A stretch of DNA of 35,320 nucleotides from Desulfobacterales bacterium CG23_combo_of_CG06-09_8_20_14_all_51_8 (GTDB lineage Bacteria; Desulfobacterota; Desulfobacteria; Desulfobacterales; Desulfosalsimonadaceae). The notes under the pieces were generated by a model, which saw only the letters and a list, made by a program, of their open reading frames with translations, was not told the origin of the DNA and searched no databases. Below, piece after piece: positions 25,014 through 32,609 of this stretch. The stretch lies in assembly GCA_002772195.1 (NCBI GenBank), contig PCSG01000397.1:1-35320 (forward strand), written 5' to 3'. The first letter of the stretch is position 1. Each line of letters begins with the position of its first letter. The position numbers were made by a program, and so were the translations under genes.

Positions 25014-25895
25014 TTATCGATGCCTCCGTCGTTCGCGCATTTTGAAAAATTTGACCAGGTCCACGACATAATCCCGGTTCGTAAAAATTTCGATCTGGTC
25101 AACGTCCATGGAGCGGAACATTTTTTTCAAGTTCTCCTGGCGGGCATGCCCTATTTTTTCGTAATTCCCGCGCACCTGTTTGCTCCCTGTATCAATTAAA
25201 ACCAGTTCTCCGGTTTCCGCGTCTTCCAGTTCGATCAGGCCGATGTTCGGAAGTTTTATTTCCCTGGGGTCGGCAACAGACACGGCCAGGAGATCGTGTT
25301 TTTTCCCCAGCGCGCGCAATTCCCTTTCGTAATTTTCTTCCAGGAAATCCGATATCAGGAACACCACGCTCCGCTTGGTAATGACTCGCCCCATAAATTC
25401 AATGCCGGTCTTGATGTTCGTCTTTGTCTGCCGTGGTTTAAATTTAAGGAGTTCTCTGATTAGCCGGAGCGCATGCGTAGTGCCCTTGGCCGGGGGGATA
25501 AACATTTCCACCTGATCGGTGAAAACAATCAGGCCGACTTTATCATTGTTTTTAATGGCGGAGAAAGCCAGCAGGGCGCACAGTTCCGCAGCCACCTCAT
25601 TCTTTATTTTTCGCGTGCTGCCGAATGATCCGGATGCGGACAGGTCGACCATGAACATAACGGTGAGTTCCCGCTCTTCCACAAACAGTTTGACGTGCGG
25701 TTCACCGGTCCGGGCGGTCACATTCCAGTCAATGGACCGGATATCGTCTCCGATATGATATTCCCGGACCTGGTCAAACTCCATGCCTCGCCCCTTGAAC
25801 ACGCTTTCGTACTCCCCGGCAAGGGATTCGTTGACCGCCCGACTGGTATAGATTTGAATGTAGCGTATTTTTTTTGCGAGTTCTTTGGGAATCAT
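25014..25895 (-). CDS. DUF58 family protein (MoxR-associated, VWA-like)
   Basis: 'GEYESVFKGRGMEFDQVREYHIGDDIRSIDWNVTARTGEPHVKLF' is the DUF58 signature. 4-nt overlap with moxR. Confidence 0.9.
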   Translation of the reverse strand: MIPKELAKKIRYIQIYTSRAVNESLAGEYESVFKGRGMEFDQVREYHIGDDIRSIDWNVTARTGEPHVKLFVEERELTVMFMVDLSASGSFGSTRKIKNEVAAELCALLAFSAIKNNDKVGLIVFTDQVEMFIPPAKGTTHALRLIRELLKFKPRQTKTNIKTGIEFMGRVITKRSVVFLISDFLEENYERELRALGKKHDLLAVSVADPREIKLPNIGLIELEDAETGELVLIDTGSKQVRGNYEKIGHARQENLKKMFRSMDVDQIEIFTNRDYVVDLVKFFKMRERRRHR

Positions 25896-26881
25896 GGGAC
25901 ATCAACCGTTTCAAGAATCTGTTGAATAATATCTTCGGATGTTTTTTCTTCCGCTTCCGCCTCATAGGTGACGATTACCCGGTGACGGAGGACATTGAAC
26001 GCAACCGTTTTGACATCCTGAGGTGTGACATATCCGCGTCCCTCAATGAGAGCGTTTGCCTTGGACGCCATGGCTAGAAATATGGTTGCGCGCGGAGAAG
26101 CGCCGTAGCGGATTAACTGGCCGATATCCAGCTTATAATTTTCCGGGTGACGGGTCGCTTCCACCAGATTGACGATATACTCTTCAATTTTATCATCCAT
26201 GTAAATTTCATCAGAGAGTTCCCTCAGTCGTCGGATATCCTGCGTCGAAACAACCGGATTGATGTTGATGGCCGGCGCTGACCGCGCCATTTTTTTCAGT
26301 ATTTCATGTTCCTGGATTTTACTGGGATAGGTGATTTTGAGTTTCAACATAAACCGGTCCACCTGGGCCTCCGGCAGGGGATACGTTCCTTCCTGTTCGA
26401 TGGGGTTCTGGGTGGCCATCACCAAAAACGGATCATCCAGTTTAAAGCTTTCGTCCCCAATGGTCACCTGCCGTTCCTGCATGGCTTCCAGAAGGGCGCT
26501 CTGGACTTTTGCCGGGGCCCGGTTGATTTCATCCGCCAGAACAATATTGGCAAAAATCGGCCCTCGTTTGGTTTTAAATTCTCCGGTTTTGGGATTGTAG
26601 ATCAGGGTTCCGATCACATCGGCCGGCAGGAGATCCGGGGTAAACTGGATTCTCTGGAAAGAGGCCTGGATCATTCGGGCAAGGGTGGTGACGGATAATG
26701 TTTTCGCCAGACCGGGAACGCCTTCAATCAGTATATGATTATTGCAGAGCAGCGCCAACAACAGGCCGTCGATGAGTTTTTCCTGACCGACGATTACTTT
26801 ATGCATTTCAGATCTGATCTGATTGATAACGATGCTTTCTTTTGCAACCCGCTCGCCAATCTGTTTGACATCAACAGCCAT
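25892..26881 (-). CDS. moxR: MoxR-family AAA+ ATPase
   Basis: 'HILIEGVPGLAKT' (Walker A), 'LLADEINRAPAKVQSALLEAMQERQVTI', 'GASPRA'. AAGGAG SD upstream. Confidence 0.95.
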   Translation of the reverse strand: MAVDVKQIGERVAKESIVINQIRSEMHKVIVGQEKLIDGLLLALLCNNHILIEGVPGLAKTLSVTTLARMIQASFQRIQFTPDLLPADVIGTLIYNPKTGEFKTKRGPIFANIVLADEINRAPAKVQSALLEAMQERQVTIGDESFKLDDPFLVMATQNPIEQEGTYPLPEAQVDRFMLKLKITYPSKIQEHEILKKMARSAPAININPVVSTQDIRRLRELSDEIYMDDKIEEYIVNLVEATRHPENYKLDIGQLIRYGASPRATIFLAMASKANALIEGRGYVTPQDVKTVAFNVLRHRVIVTYEAEAEEKTSEDIIQQILETVDVP

Positions 26882-26975
26882 GGTGTTCGCTCCTTACCTG
26901 AAATTTGAAAGTTTTATTTTTAATACTGAAGCAGCAATGGGAAAGGACCATGATTTTCATAAAATTTTGAAAATC

Positions 26976-27003
26976 AGCTTAATCACCGCTCTATTTTTGT
27001 CAA
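26976..27003 (-). promoter_or_regulatory. Sigma70-like promoter candidate for the Bat operon (TTGACA-16 nt-TAAGCT on the minus strand)
   Basis: The reverse complement of 26998-27003 is TTGACA. The reverse complement of 26976-26981 is TAAGCT. It lies ~95 nt upstream of the moxR start. Motif match only. Confidence 0.25.
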
Positions 27004-27202
27004 GTCTTTGTCCCCAAAAATTATTGAAGATGAAACATCAAAATACTCATACTACTGATCATGGGCCGAATATAAGGCATCAAGGATTAAAAAAAGGTTA
27101 AAATTAGATTAAAATTTTCTTATTTTTTCATGGGGATTTGAAAGTTAAAACCGCTTGCATTTTTGAAGTTTGGTGCTATGGTTTTAAAGTCAAAAAATTG
27201 TT

Positions 27203-29185
27203 ATGATGAATAGTTATGTTAACTCAGGATTCCGAATGCCAGACATACTCCTAAATCAGGAACCGCTGATTTATAACAGCCGCATTATTCATTCCTATGT
27301 TCAACTCCTCAAAAAAAAATATCCGGCCGTCAACATAACAGACCTGCTGACATATGCGGGGATGAATGTTCAGGAAGTAAACGACCAGGGGCACTGGTTC
27401 TCTCAGAGTCAGGTTGACCGGTTTTATGATCGCTTGGTGGAACTGACGGGACGGGAAAATATCGCCCGGGAAGCCGGCCGCTATTCCGCATCCCCGGAAT
27501 CCATTGGGGTCATGCGGCAATATGTTCTTGGATTGACCAGCCCTGGGAAAGTTTATGAATTGCTGGAAAAAACATCGGCCAATTTCACAAGATCCGCCAA
27601 ATATGAATCCCGGATGCTGTCTTCCAACAAAGTCCAGGTGACCGTCACGCCTTATCCCGGCGTCAGCGAAAAATCCTTCCAGTGCGAGAACCGGAAAGGC
27701 TTTTTTGAAGCCATTACCATGATTTTCAACCATAAGCAGCCCCGGATCGAGCATCCGGAATGCATCTTCAAAGGGGACCCCTGCTGCCGGTATCTCATAT
27801 CCTGGGAAAAAACATACACAACCTATTTAAAATTGATCAGAAATTATGCCCTGGGCGTTTTTGTTCTGCTGGGTCTTGTCTTAATGCCATTACTGCCGGC
27901 CAGGGCATTGTTTTCCGTTTTTTTATTTTTTGCAATTCTGGTTCTCCTGATTTCCTATGCGGCCGTTCAGGCTGAAAAAAAAGAACTGAACGAGAGCTTG
28001 GAGAATCTGAAGGATGCATCAGACCAGCTCGTTGATCAGATTGAAATTAACTATAACAATCGCCTTGTGACCCAGGAAATCGGTCAGATCATCAACCGAT
28101 ACAACAATCTCAGCGATGTTTTAAGAGAAGTGGTCCTGGTGCTCGAAAAACGTTTAGATTTTGACCGCGGCATGATCATGCTGGCCAACAGGGAAAAAAC
28201 CCTCATGCGTTTTCAGGCGGGGTTCGGCTATTCTCCGGAACAGCATCAATTTTTGCAAAAGCTTTATTTTCATTTGGACAATCCGGATTCAAAAGGTTTT
28301 TTTGTTGTATCCTTCAGAGATAAAAAACCTTTGTTAATCAACAATATTCGCGAGTTCGAAAATAATCTTTCAAGCCGGAGCGTTGGTTTTGTTCAGAAAA
28401 TGGGGGCGCAGTCTTTTATCTGCTGTCCGATCATCTGCGATAATGAAAGCATTGGCATACTGGCGGTTGACAACATCCGGACCCGTCGGCTGCTCGTTCA
28501 AAGCGATATGAGCCTTTTGATGGGGATTTCCCATTTTGTCGGTATCAGTATCCGGCATACCGAACACCTTGAGGCACAGAAAAAACAGTTGAAATCCGTG
28601 CTCAAAGTCCTGGTCTCCAGTATCGATGCCCGGGACCCCGTGACCAAGGGCCATTCGGAGTGGGTTGCGGAGTTTTCCGAAGGCATCTGCGATGCCATGG
28701 GAATTCACAATGAAGAGCGGGAAGTGATTCGGGTGGCGGCCCTGCTGCATGATTATGGAAAAATCGCTATCCCCGATTCCATGCTGAAAAAACCCGACAA
28801 ACTCACCGAGCACGAGTATGAATATGTCAAATTTCATGTGGACAAGACAAAAGAAATACTCGATCAGATTAATTTTGAGGGGCCGCTGAAAGCGGTGCCT
28901 GCTATTGCGGCGGCCCATCATGAAAAATTTGATGGAAGCGGTTACCCCGGCGGGCTCCGTGGCAAGGAAATCCCCCTCGGCGCGCGCATCATAGCGGTGG
29001 CGGATTATTTTGAAGCGCTGACCGCCAACCGGTATTACAGTGACCCCATGCCGCCGGAACTGGTCATCAATATTTTAGAGGAACAAGTCGGGATTTTTTT
29101 TGATGGAGAAATCGTAGAAGCGTTTATCCGCTACTATCGGAATGAATTTTTAAATCGCGAAACCCTGAAGATGTCACTGGCCTAG
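27203..29185 (+). CDS. Membrane-associated sensor protein: N-terminal ligand-binding-like domain, TM segments, GAF domain, HD-GYP c-di-GMP phosphodiesterase domain
   Basis: 'AALLHDYGKIAIPDSML', 'HHEKFDGSGYPGGL' (HD...GYP), 'IIAVADYFEALTANRYY'. GAF-like 'FDRGMIMLAN...ILAVDN'. Hydrophobic stretch 'LGVFVLLGLVLMPLL...FAILVLLISYA'. The N-terminal ~200 aa ending 'KGDPCCRYLISW' may be V4R-like (tentative). Confidence 0.9.
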   Translation: MMNSYVNSGFRMPDILLNQEPLIYNSRIIHSYVQLLKKKYPAVNITDLLTYAGMNVQEVNDQGHWFSQSQVDRFYDRLVELTGRENIAREAGRYSASPESIGVMRQYVLGLTSPGKVYELLEKTSANFTRSAKYESRMLSSNKVQVTVTPYPGVSEKSFQCENRKGFFEAITMIFNHKQPRIEHPECIFKGDPCCRYLISWEKTYTTYLKLIRNYALGVFVLLGLVLMPLLPARALFSVFLFFAILVLLISYAAVQAEKKELNESLENLKDASDQLVDQIEINYNNRLVTQEIGQIINRYNNLSDVLREVVLVLEKRLDFDRGMIMLANREKTLMRFQAGFGYSPEQHQFLQKLYFHLDNPDSKGFFVVSFRDKKPLLINNIREFENNLSSRSVGFVQKMGAQSFICCPIICDNESIGILAVDNIRTRRLLVQSDMSLLMGISHFVGISIRHTEHLEAQKKQLKSVLKVLVSSIDARDPVTKGHSEWVAEFSEGICDAMGIHNEEREVIRVAALLHDYGKIAIPDSMLKKPDKLTEHEYEYVKFHVDKTKEILDQINFEGPLKAVPAIAAAHHEKFDGSGYPGGLRGKEIPLGARIIAVADYFEALTANRYYSDPMPPELVINILEEQVGIFFDGEIVEAFIRYYRNEFLNRETLKMSLA

Positions 29186-30005
29186 TTTTTTTGAGGGGCT
29201 TCCGCCCGCGGCAGGAGATTACCGGGGTGTAGGTAAATCGCCGGGGGTCCAGAAAGAATTCCTTGAAAACCTCGTAAAACTCGTCAAATCCACCTTTAAA
29301 TTCATGAAAATCATAGCCGGACTGCCGGGCCGCCACCTCGGCTTTGGTAATCCAGTTAAAAGTATGGATGCGGTTGAGTTGTCCGAAAAACAGATGATGG
29401 GCCTGCATATCCACATCAATTTCTTCAAAATTCAGATCATATAAATAGGAATACAATTTCCGGCCCGCATAAGGGTCAAAATTTTTTCGGGTTTCCAGGA
29501 CCTTCATCAACCCCGTAAGGCTTTTCATCAATGCTTCCGGCGCTTCAAAATGGCTCAGGCAGTTATGGTCGAGATCAATCAGGCAGATGATTCCGCCGGG
29601 CTTTAATATATTATAGAGATTTTTAACGATTTCAAAGCTGTCTTGCCGATGATATTCCAGCAGAAACCGGACCCAGATAAAATCGAAGACTCCGATATCA
29701 TCCAAGGGCCTGCATACGTCGCGGCAGAAAAAACGAACTGAGTGACTGAGAAAATGGGTCTCGGCATCTTTTATGCGGACTTCTGAACTGTCGATGCCCA
29801 CAGCTTCGCCTTTCGGACCCACGATTTTTTTCAGATAAAATGTTGTTTTTCCGGCGCCGCATCCGATATCCGCGACCCGCATGCCGGGCTGGATGCCCGC
29901 CCAGTTGGCCTGTTTTTCAAGGGTTGCGCGATCTGTTTTCAGCTTCAGACGAAGAATCTCCTGGTCGCTTTCCATGATGTATTTGTATGCAAACATATCA
30001 GTCAT
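29124..30005 (-). CDS. Class I SAM-dependent methyltransferase
   Basis: Motif I 'VADIGCGAGKTT' and post-I/II 'GGIICLIDLD'. It starts 22 nt downstream of the 699-aa PilZ gene on the same strand. Confidence 0.85.
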   Translation of the reverse strand: MTDMFAYKYIMESDQEILRLKLKTDRATLEKQANWAGIQPGMRVADIGCGAGKTTFYLKKIVGPKGEAVGIDSSEVRIKDAETHFLSHSVRFFCRDVCRPLDDIGVFDFIWVRFLLEYHRQDSFEIVKNLYNILKPGGIICLIDLDHNCLSHFEAPEALMKSLTGLMKVLETRKNFDPYAGRKLYSYLYDLNFEEIDVDMQAHHLFFGQLNRIHTFNWITKAEVAARQSGYDFHEFKGGFDEFYEVFKEFFLDPRRFTYTPVISCRGRKPLKKTRPVTSSGFRDLKIHSDSSG

Positions 30006-30027
30006 TGGGTGTCCATCCTGTTGTGTT

Positions 30028-32127
30028 TCAAATCAGGTAATTAAAATTTTTAAAATAATCATCGGTGTGCTGCATGCTGAGCGACCAGAGATTATAGGAT
30101 TTTTCATATTTCAACCCATGTTCGTCGGCATAGGCTGCCGGAAACAGCAGAACGGGGAATTTTTTCTCTGTGAATTTTTCTGAAAGGACGGAAATCGCAG
30201 ACATCAGAATATCCGGAGGAAAATTTTCCGGATCCATGACAAACACACTGATGCAGTTGGTCAGGTCCGACATGTTCACCGCGAAATCTGAAATATTGAG
30301 CATGAACATGGCCTTGGTCTCTTGATCACAGGTCAGCGAATAAAGACGCCGTTCCCGCTTCAGCTGATTTTTGGCGTATTCCGAAGCCAGGTCGTGCCGA
30401 TCCGATAATTCCCCATCCGGTAACAGATCCAGGGCTTCCAGCATCAATCCGCCGGACTGGTGTTCATAAGAATTCGCAAGGGTGTCAAAATCCCCCCGCT
30501 CAGACTTGATAAGCTGCCAGCTTTCGGGCAAAGGCGGATATGCTCTGCCGGACTTGTAATGAAAATAGGCCATCCGGTCGATGGAGCAGGCCTTGGGATT
30601 GTCAATATTTTTGGCGACGCCGCCGAAAAAATGGTTGGGAAAATGATTTTCCGGCCGGAAATAGCATATCAGATAATCCATATGGCTTGAAAACAGACGA
30701 TGGGAATCATAGGCGTATGCCCCGATCTGATTAAGAATTTCAATGCCGACTTTCAAGTGGTCCCGGGATATGATGGCCGCCAGGTGCTGAATCAGCCAGG
30801 TGTTCTGGTAGAACCGGAGCATGGACATGTGTCCGAGGATTTCTCCTTTTTTTTGCCAGGTAAAATGGCGGGCGATGCTGGAATCCCGTATATAGAGCTT
30901 CTCATAGGTGGCGGTGATTTTCTTTTTATATTCGTGCATGAAAGCGTATTTTTTGGGATAGATAAACCCGCTTTTAAAAAAGAAATTCCACAGGTCATCC
31001 ATATCAATATCGTTGCAGATATAGAAATTCTGATTTTTGGTCTGATGCAAAAGGGACAAGAGCCGGATATGGTCCGCCGGTTTCATGTCCAGAAAGGCGA
31101 TGCCGCATTGGATGGTCCGTTTGCCGTTATCCGTCTCAAAAGATTTCCGGTATACGACCTGGGCTTTGCAGGGATAATGAAAACTGTTCGCAAAACTAAG
31201 GGTCATTGACGGAATCATCATCCCGGGTAAAAGCACGGAAGTGGCTTCATCATCTTCAACACTGAGTCCTGATCCGGACAAATCCATCACTTTCAGATTG
31301 ACCAGCTTGCCCGTAAATGGATGGAGAAATTGAATATCCGGCGAAGGCGTCAACTGAATTCGCTGGCTCCGGTAAACCCTGGGATTAAACCGTTGAATGG
31401 TATCATGCAGAGGGGTCAGGATGAGGCTCTTCTTTTTTGAAGCGCCGACTACTTTGAGTATGGCGCACTCTCCGGAATAAAGAAGTTCCTGGTCGTTTCG
31501 GACAACCAGGTTGACCCGGTCTTTTAAATTAAGGCATTGAAACGGAGTGGCCGGCGTATAGTCGATATCGATCTGAAGGGACAGGGGACTGAAACCGACC
31601 AGTTTTCCGGGAAAAAGGATGCTGTTTTGAATGACTTGCACATCCAAGTGGTCACAGGTATATCGCTTGGCCTTTCGGGCGGTGGTTTGGGATGATTTCT
31701 CCGGAAGGACAAAACAGACACCTCGGGCGGTAATGCTTTTAATGGCCGCCTCCACGGTGATGATGGTCTGGGCGTCATCAAAAACAAAATTCAGGAATTG
31801 ATAACCGGTGTTTAACTGCTGGATGTTGGGCGGATTTTTCCAGAGGCAGACCAGGTATTTATTGAAACACGGCTGGGGTGCGCCCTCAAAAGCGATGATC
31901 TGCTTGTCCCGGACATGCTGAAAATGAATCGAAACGGTTTCTTCTCTGAAGTTGAGATGATTCAGTTTATTGACGAGGACCCGGCGCTTGACCGTGGTAT
32001 TGGTTTGAAGGGGAGCCGGCGCTTTAAGCGTCTCAAGGTCGGTATCAATAATCCGTAAAGCGGTCTCGGATTTATTCAACCGGGCCTCTGGTGCATCGTT
32101 ATCTATGATCTTTTGAATATAATCCAT
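30028..32127 (-). CDS. Multi-PilZ-like protein with an uncharacterised ~335-aa C-terminal region
   Basis: Canonical PilZ motifs 'RVYRSQR' and 'MDLSGSGLSV' (residues ~250-290). Two upstream PilZ-like barrels have degenerate motifs ('KRRVLV..', 'RKAKRY...GFSPLSL'). The C-terminal half has no motif I can name. Confidence 0.75.
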   Translation of the reverse strand: MDYIQKIIDNDAPEARLNKSETALRIIDTDLETLKAPAPLQTNTTVKRRVLVNKLNHLNFREETVSIHFQHVRDKQIIAFEGAPQPCFNKYLVCLWKNPPNIQQLNTGYQFLNFVFDDAQTIITVEAAIKSITARGVCFVLPEKSSQTTARKAKRYTCDHLDVQVIQNSILFPGKLVGFSPLSLQIDIDYTPATPFQCLNLKDRVNLVVRNDQELLYSGECAILKVVGASKKKSLILTPLHDTIQRFNPRVYRSQRIQLTPSPDIQFLHPFTGKLVNLKVMDLSGSGLSVEDDEATSVLLPGMMIPSMTLSFANSFHYPCKAQVVYRKSFETDNGKRTIQCGIAFLDMKPADHIRLLSLLHQTKNQNFYICNDIDMDDLWNFFFKSGFIYPKKYAFMHEYKKKITATYEKLYIRDSSIARHFTWQKKGEILGHMSMLRFYQNTWLIQHLAAIISRDHLKVGIEILNQIGAYAYDSHRLFSSHMDYLICYFRPENHFPNHFFGGVAKNIDNPKACSIDRMAYFHYKSGRAYPPLPESWQLIKSERGDFDTLANSYEHQSGGLMLEALDLLPDGELSDRHDLASEYAKNQLKRERRLYSLTCDQETKAMFMLNISDFAVNMSDLTNCISVFVMDPENFPPDILMSAISVLSEKFTEKKFPVLLFPAAYADEHGLKYEKSYNLWSLSMQHTDDYFKNFNYLI
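31048..31380 (-). other. Canonical PilZ domain within the 699-aa protein
   Basis: RxxxR (RVYRSQR) followed ~30 residues later by DxSxxG (DLSGSG). Confidence 0.75.
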
Positions 32128-32609
32128 ACGCTCTCGGTCGATAAACGCCTATGCCGTGAGAGAAAAATCCATTTACTGATAACTTTTTTTTTAATTCAAG
32201 TCAAGAAAAAAATCAATTTATTCCAACACTTTCTACCATCATTAAACGCGATTCCGCTTCAGGTAAGCTTTTATAAAATTTGACCGATTCCGCTGCGGCG
32301 GTATTTTATGTTGAATCAATTTTTTATCATGCACACTGCCAAACTGCTTGACTTATTTTCAGCACATAGCATACAATAGCTACCATGCCTGTGATCCTTT
32401 TTATTCAATATCATCAATTATTCAAAGTTGTTATTTCTTCCTTTATTTTTGACCATCGCCACAAAAAGCCAAAAAGTTTACACGATCTTCGAAGCGATAA
32501 AATTCAGTTTTCCCCGATTTTGTTTTCCCGTTTCCGGAGCATCTCCATCATGGAAGCATTGCCCGGCCGGCTTGCAATGTCCCATCCTTTTACAATTCAG
32601 GATATGTGA

